A stretch of DNA of 63,394 bases, filler included, from Octopus bimaculoides (taxonomy: Eukaryota): assembly GCF_001194135.2 (NCBI RefSeq). It is 7 parts of 6 records of this genome, joined end to end, with 100 filler letters (N's around TTAATTAATTAA, not from the genome) between each part and the next. Parts side by side here need not be neighbours in the genome. Positions count along the whole stretch, not along the records: positions 47,837 to 56,437 come from NC_068983.1; positions 56,538 to 59,493 come from NC_068998.1; positions 59,594 to 63,394 come from NC_068982.1; 4 more parts are not named here. One strand, written 5' to 3'. This document shows positions 48,966-61,814 of the stretch, in pieces. A model generated the notes under the pieces. That model saw nothing but the letters and a program-made list of their open reading frames with translations. It did not search any database and had not been told where the DNA came from. Every line of letters begins with the position of its first letter. Position 1 is the first letter of the stretch. Both the position numbers and the translations under genes were made by a program.

Positions 48966-50994
48966 CTGAAAAAAAAAAAAAAATAGCCAGTTATTTTAAA
49001 CAACTTATATGTTACCTGAATGATGACTGGCGTCGTATGAAACAGAAATAATAGCAGTCTTTAATTCTATAGCAATACACTATACATCGTCTATCTAACC
49101 TATATATGTAGATCTAAGTAAACTGACATATGCAAGGCAATGATTTAGCCATATCATTGCATCGTGACGATGATATTATATGTATAATATACACTTATCC
49201 TTGTACCGATTTTCCTGTGTTTTATAAAGTTTGTGCAAATCACAATTTACGAATTTGTTTGCCTGCGGTTGTCAACGATGTTATTCGTACCTAGGTCTAT
49301 CAGCTCTTAATTTCTCCTGAAATACCAACGCATATCACAAAACCACCCAATTTTTTTACTGTTTTATATTGTCTTTTGGTTTTATGTATTTTTGTTTTAC
49401 ACAGTCAAAATATTTGATAAAATAGAAATTCCTGAACATTACTTAAACTCATAATATATCTAAACAAATTCTAGTTCACTGGTAAGTATATAATTTTCTT
49501 TTCTCGAAGCTGACGATAAAATAGAACAAGAGAAAATTGTGTAAATCTTTTAGTATCTTTATAATGAACACTTTCAAACCAACTAATAACTGAATTCCAT
49601 GGCTCCATTCTGCGAAGATGATTCCCTTAACTAGCATTTCTTCAGGGGTTAATTTTTTTTTTTTTTTTGTAATTGTTTTGTGAATTTGATTAATCTGCAT
49701 TTGCATATCAAAATAAAATTTTAAATGTATTCCTTCAGTGTAATATTTTTCTCCCATTGCGCTAAAAATTCCACATCATTATATTATTTTAGATAATGAG
49801 CTATATTTTAAGAACACTTTCGTTAATGTCAGACGATACGTTTTTCAGATCGATAATAAACGGTAAACTATTTGAGTTTGAGAATCAATCAACATGATAA
49901 TACATGTACTTTATATAAAACTGTATGCTATGTTGTGTGTGTGTGTGTGCGTGTGTGTGTGTGTGTGTGTGTATTTCTTTGAACCACTTTGTATTAATGC
50001 ATATACGCATGTATGTATTCATTTATTTATGCATATATGTAAGCATCTATGTGTATAGCGACAAACATTATGGGACGAGAATATATTTGGCACTTCGTGT
50101 AACGTAGGTACAATAATTTCACGGTTTTGTAAAATCAATGGTGCATATGTAAATTAATAATTACATGACTAATATTTGAAATAATATATTTATTAAGATG
50201 AAATTAAATAAGACCTTCTCATTTGTAATTTATACAATAAATACGTTCGTAATTATAATACTGTTTAAATATGAATTAATTAATGACGTAAACTAATGAT
50301 TAATTCCAGAAATGTCATCGTGACGAAACACCCGACAATTAATATCATTAGTATTGATTTCATTCATACGTATTAGATACGCCGATTTTGTTCATGTAAC
50401 TATCCATTGTGTATGTGAGCGCGTGCTTCTGTGTAAAGATGTTGTTGAGAAATATCACGTATTCAACTTAAGGGTAGCATAACTGGGTTTTACCCACTTT
50501 AATAATGGTCCGCTGGGTTTCAGTATGTACTGGTTTAAAAACTTATGTAGTATTATGCTAATGAGATCAGTATCCAATAAAATGAAATACCTTTCCTCAC
50601 GCTAATATAAGTAATCAAAACTAGCATTAATATAATCGCATATTGATTCATATAATGTTGCCTTATCATTATGANNNNNNNNNNNNNNNNNNNNNNNNNN
50701 NNNNNNNNNNNNNNNTATATATATTTCACTTTGTTAAAAATGTGATATTTGGATAAATAATACAACGTCCCGTTTGCACTTGGGTTTGTGAAATGCTAAA
50801 ACATTAAGAGGCACCTCTGTCCAAATCTGTTTAGATGTAATTTTTTAACGTAAGTATAACTTTGCTCATGAGTTAATGAAGTGAGGTTCAGTAAGATTGG
50901 ATAAGTCCACAAGAGTTTCTTTCATGGATTCAACAAACGTGTATGATAGTAGAACAAAAATTGTATTATTCAGACGTCGTGATAGGATAATTTT

Positions 50995-51300
50995 TGAGTT
51001 TATAATATAATATTTACTTACGATATTATAATATTATAATATAATATTTACTTACGATATTATAATATTATAATATAATATTTACTTACGATATTTTAAT
51101 ATTATAATATTATAATATAATATTTACTTACGATATTTTAATATTATAATATTATAATATTATGATATAATGTTTACTTACGATATTATAATATTATAAT
51201 ATAATATTTACTTACGATATCTTAATATTATAATATTATAATATAATATTTACTTACGACATAATAATATTAAAATATAATCTTTACTTACGATATTTCC
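50995..51300. repeat. AT-rich minisatellite, 8 units with core atatttacttacgatatt
   Basis: ttacttacga recurs 8 times, with a variable number of ataatatt subunits between. Confidence 0.9.
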
Positions 51301-51379
51301 ATTACCTTCATTAATTAATAATACTTTCATATGCATGACCTCAGCATATCAACACTGATTCTCTTTTGTTATTGCTTAC

Positions 51380-51410
51380 CCATGAGTAAAGGAAGGCAAT
51401 GCCCATGATG
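51380..51410 (-). CDS. Tentative 31-nt exon (phase 0-1)
   Basis: Acceptor cttgtgccctcatag, donor gtaagc; HHGHCLPLLM. An alternative 51-nt form is possible. Confidence 0.35.
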
Positions 51411-52509
51411 CTATGAGGGCACAAGTGACACTTTGTATTAAAAGCACATTAATTTTTCGCTCAATTACATATTTCTCAAGGATAGAGAGAAATTTATTTA
51501 ACTTATTTGCATTTTGATATTAAAGCTAAGAACACAAAAATATCCATAAATTTTAAATATTCACCACTTGTAGAATAAGATATTTTATATTGTATTTCAG
51601 TCAAGACGGCAATAAGCAGGAAAGAGAAACTAGGACCAGCTTACATGTCATCTATTTTGTGCGTGGCAAACTCATTGAGACAGGAAGCTTGGTCTTAAAA
51701 TTATACTTCTCTGTCGAGCGTGTATTTATCTTTGGATTATATTATTAGATTACTTATGTTCGTTTATAATGTTGTACTTTTACGTCTGCAAAAATATGCT
51801 TTTATGTTACTTATATCTCTTTACATTGGTTTATTTATGCATTTTTAAAATGTTCATCATCTCTCGTATCCCTTTCTATTAAATATCACCAAAGACTAAG
51901 TTTTATGAATTTGTACCTTTGACATTTTCTTAATATGTAGTTTTGTCTATAACTGAAATGTAATAATGATTAAAATATGTTAAATATTTAATATCCTCTT
52001 CATTGCAAACTACAAAAAAATCAGCTGACAAAATGCAGAAAAATATGTCTCGAACTGCCTAATTTTTCTTTCTCTTAAGCCATCATTATACAAAGAGTAG
52101 TCAGCTGCTGCTCCAGAAGTCTAAGAATTTTGTTTAACTCTAGTTTGTATACATAGTAAATACCTATAAGTTACCTATCTACTACATCTTTTATGCCGTG
52201 CATAGAAGATGGATAAATTTTGTTATTGTTGTTGTTTTTATCTGATGAAGTCATAAGAAGCCTACTGTAGAAACAAATCAAAATAAATCCATATATATAA
52301 GCGTGTGTGATATTCAACATTTATTATTATAACTTTCTTTTTTTTACTTTCCATACGGAGGTTAAATTTCATGTTATGTACAAAAATTATGTATCATACT
52401 TACTAAAAGTTGTGGTATGAAGTAATTCGTCTCAAACCCACACACCCGCGCGCGCACACACACGCACACACACATACAAACTTACACAAAATATTTACAC
52501 TTGGTGCTA

Positions 52510-52725
52510 AGGTGGAGAGCTGGTTGAATCGTTAACATACTAAACAAAAATGCTTAGCGGCATTTTGGCCGTGTCTACTTTCTGAGTTCAAATTCGGACG
52601 AGGTCACCTTTGCATTTCATCCTTTCGGTGTCGATAGAATAAATATCAGTTGAGGATTGGGATCAATGTAACCTGCTTAACTCCATTCCTAACATTGCTG
52701 GGCTTGTGCCAAAATTTGAAACCAA
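52510..52725 (+). mobile_element. SINE group M, tail A
   Basis: ggtggagagctggttgaatcgtta...gagttcaaattcgg...tttgcatttcatcctttcgg. Confidence 0.8.
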
Positions 52726-53504
52726 TATTTACTCTTGGTGAAATGACATATATACAAAGCCAGTCACAAGCACAGTCAAACTGAAAGAACAGAGTGGGAA
52801 AGAAATAAAACAGAAATAGTTTATGAGGATAAAATAAAGGGGTTGTGCAGAATACCTTTACACAAAAAGTTACACAGAAAATGAGAAGCACAAATAAACA
52901 TTTCACGAATTTTGGCTTTCCATGTTTCACAATATCCACACCGAGTGATTGCTAATTTTTGAGTATGCACCACCGCCCTCTACTTCCTCTTGAGACAATG
53001 TGTCGTCCTCAAGGACTCTGTTTTTAAAACTGGTGTAAATTAGTTTGATAACCTAACTAAAATTTCTTCCTATAATCAAACTATTCCCATTGTCTTCAAT
53101 AACAGTACGAATGGATTACACGGTGATATTACTCTTATTATCACAAAAGTAATTTGACTGTTCATATTCCAGTGTATTTGCTCTGATAATATATTCTTGT
53201 GGGATTAAATTTGCTTTTCATCAATTCAAGGTCAATAAAGTAACCTCCAAGAACAGAAATAGAGTACTCTCCCTACTTCTATCTTTCTCTATTTATTCCT
53301 CTTTTCTATGAACCACGATCGTAATAGTAAAGCGCAGATGTTTCCATCAGTATCACATCGTTCCGAGCTTAAAATCGCATTAAGGCACCAATAATTGAGG
53401 AATACTCTCCAGATCACAATTACTCAACGTCCTTTGTTCGCAGACCCGTCTGTTTTCATTGCAAGTAATACTACAACTTCAGTTATAATAATTCAAGACT
53501 AATG

Positions 53505-53950
53505 TTGACTTCAAACTTTGGCACAAGACCAACAATATCAGATTTGATTTTTCGAACCCAGTGTTCAACTGGTACTTATTTTATCAACCCCGAAACGATG
53601 AAAGGCAATTGAACTCAGAACCTCAAGACGGTCGTAATATCGGTAAGCACTTTGCTAAGAGTACTAACGATTCTACTAGTTCGCCGCCTTATTTTAGGCT
53701 AATCATGAATTCCAGTTTTACCACAAGGTCAATAATTTTGGGACAGGTATAAGTCGACTACTTCAACATCATTGCTTGACTGGTACTTAGTTTATCGACA
53801 CGGAAAGGATGAAAGGCAATGTCGACCTCGGCGAAATCTGAACTCAAAATTTAGCGACGTGTAAAATGCTGCTAAGCATGTTGTCACAAACCTTTTGCTG
53901 CTAAGCATTTTTACCGACGTGCTTAAGTTTTTGCTAGAGCGTCGCCTTAT
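53505..53950 (-). mobile_element. Two tandem group M SINE copies
   Basis: The core actggtactta..ttatc.ac...gatgaaaggcaa occurs twice. Confidence 0.8.
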
Positions 53951-54975
53951 TCAAAACCAATATTATAAACATATATGGTACAGGAGAAAATGGTTTTAGA
54001 GGAAGAATTGTTTGAGTATTTTCTGCCGTATAACAGCGGTTGTCAATTTCCAGCTGCTATAACCTATAAATAATGTCAAGTAGATATCAGAAATATTCTT
54101 CGAATAGAACACATGTTAAATTTGAATTCAATATTTTCATCATTATTACAACCACTATGCTTAAGAAGTTAAACTTGCATACATATCTCTAAAAGTAATC
54201 TAAACGATAAGAAACTAACTCATTGTGACAGGCATACGCAAATATTTAAAAATTTATAGTGTCTATCACAAAAGAAATTACTAAAATCATTTTCTTTCTC
54301 TTTTCTTTTACTGAAGAACTAGAAATATATCAGATTGATGACTTGCAACAATCATATTCGTGTTGTGTAGAATTTGATGTCAAAAGACAAGGATATAACT
54401 TGTTCTTAGTTTGCAAATTCTTTCTGTTTTTAGGCTAGTTTCTTTTTTTTTAATATACAGAAGAGATTCGTATTCAAGTAGAAATATCAATAATACCATG
54501 TCGTGAAAAACGGTGGAAGGCTTCATGAGGGAGAGCACGTGAATAATACCGGATTTAATGTCAAAAATCAGTATTTTATTTGTTCAAAAGCAATAAGATG
54601 TCAGAATGATTACAGCAACTAAAGACCACTTTAAGACTGTACATGGTGTAGAGTTCACACGCATTTATTTTCGTGTAACCTCAGTGAAATTAATGATAGT
54701 GGATTTTCCACCACTCTCGGTGATAAGCATGGTTTTGCAACCAAGAGAATGCTTGGGTAATTAGCGTTCCCTAGACATGTGAACTCTTGACGCGGTTTAT
54801 GTTGTATCAACATTACACAATACGAAAAGGTTTGGCCTTTGAATTAAAAATATGGTGGGAAAGATAGAAGAATTAATAGTGTTGGCGGAGGAATAATATA
54901 GTGATAGTCACAGGAAAGATTAAAGGGAACCTTAAAAGGTTATATGCTCCGTGATCCTAGAACCGGAATGCTCAC

Positions 54976-55044
54976 GTGAAGTATCCCAGCTAAATCTTCT
55001 GCCGATTCAACGTCCGTAAGAGATATGGATTTGCACGAACTCAT
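54976..55044 (-). CDS. Tentative first coding exon
   Basis: ATG...CAC|gtgagc; MSSCKSISLTDVESAEDLAGILH. Confidence 0.3.
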
Positions 55045-55073
55045 GTATATGTATGTATATGCGTATGTATGTA

Positions 55074-55145
<72 letters not shown>

Positions 55146-55156
55146 TTTGTACATAC

Positions 55157-55500
55157 AGATAACAAGTTCAGATTTATACATGTAGTTATTGGGGCACTGA
55201 GATATGTGACACACTGCCTAAATACCAATCTTGAGAAGTTGGGATTCTCAAAACCGGAAAGTACAAAGCTTTGTCGAACACTACAAATAGGACAGTATCA
55301 TTTATGTACTAAGGAGCATGTTTAGATATGCAACTATATGCATGAAAATACATACATAAAACAAAACATACAAGTCAACACATATACATAGAAAAATACT
55401 CTGTTGATGTTATTGAAATTCCAATAAAGGAGCTTTGGATGTAGATTCGAAACCCGCTCTTTCTCTATGGGCAAGAAGTTTTGAAATAAGACTGGATAAT
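55157..55500 (+). mobile_element. 3' end of a second RLE-type (R4-like) non-LTR family
   Basis: KFRFIHVVIGALRYVTHCLNTNLEKLGFSKPESTKLCRTLQI resembles the IP.VVGALG.V...L...L..LG...LQ tail of RLE elements. It is followed by a UTR and a (CATA/CATG)n run. Confidence 0.6.
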
Positions 55501-55799
55501 GGCATACATGCATACATGCATGCATACATGCATGCATACATACATGCATACATACATACATACATAATGCATACATGTATATCGATATTTAATGGTAAGA
55601 TTCCACAATCTAAGCGTAGGAAGTTTGAAAGCTTCAAGCAGTATATGGTAGGTAGAAAAAAACAATAAAAATGTATTTGTTGAAGAACAATAATAATATA
55701 TTGGCTTTGCTTATGTCTAAAATATATAGCACACGGTTAGTAACTAGAGTCGTTTTGAATTGGAATAAAAATCCAACTTAACAGAATGGAGAAGGTAAA

Positions 55800-56345
55800 A
55801 TTCAGGTTACATATGTTTCAGGCTACACATGTTTCAGGCTACATATGGTCAAGAAGGTCTTTATATCCGTATGATGTTGTTTTCTGTTTAGTTAAATATG
55901 AAACGTTTAGTCCACTTTGAACTTTTAAACTCAAACCAAACGATAACAAAGGAGATCTACTGCGAGTAGCTTAAGCGGATTAAGTCAGCGCTAGAAATGA
56001 AACGACTTTGGTTTCAAAACGAAAGGTGTTCTTCCATCAGGATAATAGTCAACCACATACAGAGAGGATCACACTCCAAAGGCTGGAGCAGTTTGAATGG
56101 GAAATGATTCCCCACCCACAGTATTTACCGAACATTTCCCCATATGATTATATTTTATTACACAGTCTTTAAGATTATTTGAACGAAAAATCTATGAATG
56201 CGGAAGACGAGGTCAGAACAGTACTGGAGGAGTATTTTTCATCAGGGAGAAGTGAATTTTGGAAGAGGGGCCTTGCAAATCTACCAGGTAGATGGAAGAG
56301 CATTGTAGAAAATGAAAGAGACTATATTTTAGATTTTAAAATGAA
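55800..56345 (+). mobile_element. mariner (DD34D) transposase C-terminal remnant
   Basis: LVHFELL...QTIT...YCE*L; FFHQDNSQPH-...-HPQYLPNISPYDY with 34 residues counted between D2 and D3; FWKRGLANLPGRWKSIVENERDY. Contains in-frame stops. Confidence 0.88.
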
Positions 56346-57019
56346 AGAAGTATAACAAAACGCATTATATATAATGCTGAACTCAGTCGAGTTCAGGATT
56401 ATCATTGCAATACATACATACATATACATATATATATNNNNNNNNNNNNNNNNNNNNNNNNNNNNNNNNNNNNNNNNNNNNTTAATTAATTAANNNNNNN
56501 NNNNNNNNNNNNNNNNNNNNNNNNNNNNNNNNNNNNNTATATATATATATATATATGAGACACTGCTGATTGAAACGCACTGCTACCATCTGAATTTCAT
56601 CATCTTTCCATACCCCATAGGCTTTTAGAAGTTGACTAAGTAAGACAGAGAATTGTTTTGTTTTAAGTTTGTAACCAGACAAGATGTTAAAGTGTCTAAT
56701 GAAACCGACATAAAAGAAATCAGAAATTAATGTTTGTGTGGTTGGCTGTTTTTGTGTCTGCTTGTTTTTATGTTTGTTCATTGTTTTGGTTTTTTTTTTA
56801 ATATTTTTTTTTTCAGTTTACTTATGTAATTCATAACAGCATGAAAATAAAAATAAAAAGCGAAAATAAAACATTTGACTTTAAACAAACCATTGATAAA
56901 CGATGACAATGAGTTAATTGAACTCTTGTGTTACTTCGATGGTAGATATTTAAATTTGTCACATATTTAAACAGGCTATTTTACTGTGTTGTTCTTTTGG
57001 ATATTAGTTTTGTACTCTA

Positions 57020-57500
57020 ACCATTACTGCCAGCATTTTGTCACAATATTCCTGTTGAAATACCGCTGCCTTTGTTTCAGTTGAATTTGAAACTAATGAA
57101 GAATTTAGTAAAACAACCCTATCATTATTTTATCTCATGTTTTCAAGAGCTTTGGATTGGCGGAAGCATTAGTGTGATAGATGAAAGGCCTAAAAATATT
57201 TTCTTCCAGCTCTTTACATTCTGTGTTCAAATCCTGCCATGTTAAGCTTTGCCAGTCATCCTTTCAGTGTTGATAAAATAAAGTTCCAGCCCAGCACTAG
57301 GACCCCTGATTTAATCAATTAAATCCCACCCTCCTTGCAAAATTTTTAGCTTTGTATATATTTTAGAAACAACTATTAATCTGGTGTTAGGAACATAGAT
57401 TAGCATGGAATTTTTGGTGGAAGGTTTTAATACAGACTACTTTAAAAGAGGAAGTTTGTATCAGAGAACCATGGGTAATCTCAGGCAAGCTGGTATCTTT
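57020..57500 (+). mobile_element. MITE (probably piggyBac-type) split by a group M SINE (about 57150-57375)
   Basis: ctgttgaaatac.gctgcctttgtttca...gaagaatttagtaaaa resumes after the SINE. An inverted homologue lies at 58290-58520. Confidence 0.65.
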
Positions 57501-57769
57501 CCTGGACTTATTTTATCCAGGGATTCATCACTCCTGAAGGAAGAACTCACTGGACTCCTTCCACTTTTGTCCATCTATGGCTAGTCATGATCATGTAGGC
57601 CAAAGATAGTAGGTGAGATCATTTTGCCATCTTGTCTTTGGTCAGCTTATTGATCTTATCCATTGCCTTGGCATCCATTCTGTCACCCTGATTATCCACC
57701 TGTTGTCCTTCAGTTGCACGATGAACTATGAAGTAAATATTTAAGGATCTAGGGAATTAGATCTTCTTA

Positions 57770-58012
57770 GTTACCTTCTCGAGTCGTAGAGACTCATAAG
57801 GGACAATATCCTGGTTTCCACGATGTATATATTCCCCACCTGGACAAGATGTCAGTCCATCACAGGATGACCTATTTTTGCCAGCTAAGTGGACTGAAGC
57901 AACGTGAAATAAAGTGTTTTGCTCAGGGACACAACACATCACCCAGTCCAGGAATCGAAACCACAATCTTACAATCATGAGTCCAACACCCTAACCACTA
58001 TGTCATGCACTC
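57770..58012 (-). mobile_element. Group V SINE
   Basis: Reverse complement aligns with 7090-7340. Confidence 0.8.
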
Positions 58013-58289
58013 CACTTATGGCATTGGATGGTTTCAGTTAATTAACAGCTAGCTTGATCCCATGTTACTGAAACTATTGCTCTTGCAGAGATTAATCGAA
58101 AAGCCTTCTGGTGATTATAATTTGTTGCTGGCTTTACATATTAATCACATGTGAGATGGGAAGTATTGCTTGGCAGGAAGGGTGGGAAGAAAAAAAATAA
58201 TAGGGGTCAGCTGTTGAGTATTATGTCCCTCCTGAATAAACTTCTTCAAGAAAATGTTTTTCTTATATCCTGCCCATCACAAAGTAGCT

Positions 58290-58525
58290 GAACCCTTTTG
58301 ACACAATTCCCCGTGACCCCTCCCTACTCTTGGTTCTATGTTAACGAAATTTCTGATTTGAAATTATCTGAATTAAAATCTTCCATTAAGATTTTATGCA
58401 AAGTTATGTTTCAAACATCATGTTAATAAGAACAAAGTGATTTTACTAAATTCTTTATTATTTTCCAAAAGAATTGAAACAAAGCAACATATTTCAACAG
58501 AAAAACAGTTGCAAAACAGGTAATG
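58290..58525 (-). mobile_element. MITE, inverted copy of the 57020 family
   Basis: ttttactaaattctttattattttcc...gaaacaaagcaacatatttcaacag is the reverse complement of the 57050-57115 segment; starts aacccttt. Confidence 0.65.
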
Positions 58526-58727
58526 AAATACAGAAAAAAAAAACCCAGTTTGAATTTTAAAGAATGTTGATTAATTTCATAAGAAAAAAATGTTAAAAAA
58601 AAAAAAAGGACTACAATTTGGTAACAGCATATGTAGCTGTAAAATGGCTAATTCCAGGTAATACTAAGTTATTATTAGACATTATAGGTACCAATTTTAG
58701 AAGCAAAAAAAAAAAAAAAAGAGCAAA

Positions 58728-58805
58728 TGGCACATAGACAGGACTCAAACTGCATATCTCTCATTTACTGGGTAACTGATTTACCAGTTGTACTATGGAG
58801 GGCCG
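58728..58805 (-). pseudogene. Decayed tRNA-like sequence (Thr-AGT-like) or SINE head
   Basis: tagtacaactggtaa (A-box-like), cagtaaatgagagat, gtttgagtcc (B-box-like); stems are imperfect. Confidence 0.3.
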
Positions 58806-61091
58806 GCCATTAGGTTATATTGATAAGAGATAGATACATTATTTGAGTTCCGTCAAGTAATCATGTTGCTTTTTACCCTCGTTCCTATTTAGCGCTTATG
58901 ATGTTTAATATCATATCCCATTAAGATATTACAATTGAAATCATAACGCATGTATGATATCATTTTAGAAAGGTTAATTTTTTTTTGTTTGTTTTGTTTC
59001 GTTTTGTTTTTGTTTTTAAAATTTTCGTTTTTGTTTCACCTCCACCCTCACTTTCCGAATGCTAATTACATAATAGATTAATGTTTCCTTAATTATCCCT
59101 CTATCTCACACACATCCAAAGACAATATTTCAAACTATGTGACATTTTCTTTAAAACATTATTATTAATTTAATTCATTCCTTTTATTATTTTTTCCCTT
59201 CATTTTTTTTTTCATTTTTTTTATTTACTGTTTTCACATCTTGAAGAAGAAACCATTATATTCTAAGGATGCTCTGTTTTCTTGTGTTTTTTCCTTTAAT
59301 CTTTCAACCATTACTTTTTTTCAAGATTGTTTTTATTTGTGTATAAATAATTACTAATATATATATATGTACACACACACACACACACAAATATATATAT
59401 ATACATACTTACATAATACATATATATATATACATATATATATACATATATATACATATATATGTATATCATCATCATCATCATCATCGTTTANNNNNNN
59501 NNNNNNNNNNNNNNNNNNNNNNNNNNNNNNNNNNNNNTTAATTAATTAANNNNNNNNNNNNNNNNNNNNNNNNNNNNNNNNNNNNNNNNNNNNAAGGACG
59601 ATCAAAACAACACATACACACTCAGACAAAGAGATATACGCACAGTCTCACGTACACACACCTAACATCCCCACCGACACAAAAAACACTCAAACACACA
59701 CTCATATACACATTCCACAATAAACTCTGGGACCAATAAAAACGGCACACACACACACACACACACATACCCACACCCACACACACGGACACAAACACAC
59801 ATATTTACACACACACATAGAGATGTGCACAAAACCAGTCCCAAAAACCAGTGAACCATGACAGACTGTCACAGACCAACCAAAAATAAAAAAATCTTCT
59901 TTAACTCTTCTTCCCTCCCACCCCAGCTAGCCAGTCATACTGTCTCTTAAGACAGTAAAACATTCCCTCAATATACACAAGAGAAAAAGGCCAGGTCAGT
60001 TCCTCCTCAATTTTATTCGATTGTCAAAGAATATGTATAAGAATATGTATATGTATTTTTCCATATGTGTATTTTCATACACTGTTTTTAACACTGTTTT
60101 TAACAATTTCACCTTAATATCNNNNNNNNNNNNNNNNNNNNNNNNNNNNNNNNNNNNNNNNNNNNNNNNNNNNNNNNNNNNNNNNNNNNNNNNNNNNNNN
60201 NNNNNNNNNNNNNNNNNNNNNNNNNNNNNNNNNNNNNNNNNNNNNNNNNNNNNNNNNNNNNNNNNNNNNNNNNNNNNNNNNNNNNNNNNNNNNNNNNNNN
60301 NNNNNNNNNNNNNNNNNNNNNNNNNNNNNNNNNNNNNNNNNNNNNNNNNNNNNNNNNNNNNNNNNNNNNNNNNNNNNNNNNNNNNNNNNNNNNNNNNNNN
60401 NNNNNNNNNNNNNNNNNNNNNNNNNNNNNNNNNNNNNNNNNNNNNNNNNNNNNNNNNNNNNNNNNNNNNNNNNNNNNNNNNNNNNNNNNNNNNNNNNNNN
60501 NNNNNNNNNNNNNNNNNNNNNNNNNNNNNNNNNNNNNNNNNNNNNNNNNNNNNNNNNNNNNNNNNNNNNNNNNNNNNNNNNNNNNNNNNNNNNNNNNNNN
60601 NNNNNNNNNNNNNNNNNNNNNNNNNNNNNNNNNNNNNNNNNNNNNNNNNNNNNNNNNNNNNNNNNNGTGTGTGTGTGTGTGTGTGCATATATCCATACAT
60701 ATATGTACATACCTACATCTATATGTATACCTACATGCATATATGGGTACAGGACATCACAAAAAAAATGTTAAACACAATGAGAAACGAAAACGGAAAA
60801 CGAACTTTTTTTCGAACAACGAAAAAAACAGAGAAACGAGACATGCAACATAAAGAATATTTCCCTTCATCAGTTGTCCCTGTCCATCTACTCCGCGTTT
60901 CGAAGGCAAGGACAATACGCGACTTCGTTGGAACAGTCCTTCACGCAAAGCAAACCAAATAAAATTTGGAATTTTTTGCGGAGGGTGAAAGTGTAAACAA
61001 GAACAGGACAGTGAGAACAAGACAGTAAAAAGAAGACAGTGAAAACAAACAATAAGGGCTGTTAGGCCAAGACGATAGAAAAATTATGATT

Positions 61092-61394
61092 ATTATTTAT
61101 ATATGAGCTCGCGTAGATGCCGTAAGAATTGAGACTGCGTCCTGTCTCCTAGCTCCTCATCCTGCATTAGCTAATTAAACTTAGACTCCACGGATTTAGT
61201 GTTCCGTCGGAGAACCCCGGATGAGGATCACTGATGAGATCCCTGACTGAAGTAGCAAGTGGTGCAGGAATGTTACAAAGGAGAAGATTTAATTGTCGCT
61301 GCGAAGGTACCACATGTGTTGCAAAATATGCCTCCAACTGTGCGAACCAAAGCATGACGTCACCAGTGAAAGAAGGATGATTAAGTAAACTCAT
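61092..61394 (-). pseudogene. gag: Gypsy-type gag N-terminal remnant (DUF7041-like)
   Basis: MSLLNHPSFTGDVMLWFAQLEAYF...VRDLISDP, then after a frameshift and stop LMQDEELGDRTQSQFLRHLRELI. These match the LWFAQ.EA.F and LGDR.PSQ.LR motifs. Confidence 0.8.
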
Positions 61395-61793
61395 TTTTTT
61401 TTTCTGTCAGAGGAGAAAAAGAAAAGGACCAAAAAACCGACAAAAACTGTTGCTGGAAATAGTAGCGTGTGTGCGAGAAAAATTTTTTTTTTCTGAGCAA
61501 AATTTATTGAACCGTGTACTGTATGCACAGACAAGAAAAAAAATTTCGTCGCCAAACCTGTTGTGCCGAAAGAAAAAAAAATGCCCAAAACACTGTGATT
61601 GTATGTGTGTGCTTGTACCAATAACTTTTTCTTTTTTTTTAGTTGAAAAAGTCGCCAGAAAATGGCGCGCGACTGGTAATGTCCTGTTCCCACGTGGGGC
61701 AATTCAAATCTGGCGGCAGACAGGAATGATGGCTGGAAGTTGAGTTGATTCTTTGGCGTCCTGTAGCTCCTTTCGGCTGCTGGAGATCCTTTA

Positions 61794-61810
61794 CACGTTC
61801 TGGGTCACCA
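61794..61810 (-). promoter_or_regulatory. Degenerate tRNA-Trp primer-binding site
   Basis: TGGTGACCCAGAACGTG compared with the tRNA-Trp complement TGGTGACCCCGACGTG; lies upstream of gag. Confidence 0.65.
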
Positions 61811-61814
61811 TTTT

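Noticed and set aside
50995-51300. CRISPR-like periodicity
   Set aside because: The spacers are repeats of each other, the context is eukaryotic, and there are no cas genes.
54686-54757. Further + strand exon candidates (about 54.7 kb, 51.6 kb, 36.0 kb, 25.4 kb)
   Set aside because: Two frames are open or the splice sites are weak; such hits are expected by chance in AT-rich DNA.
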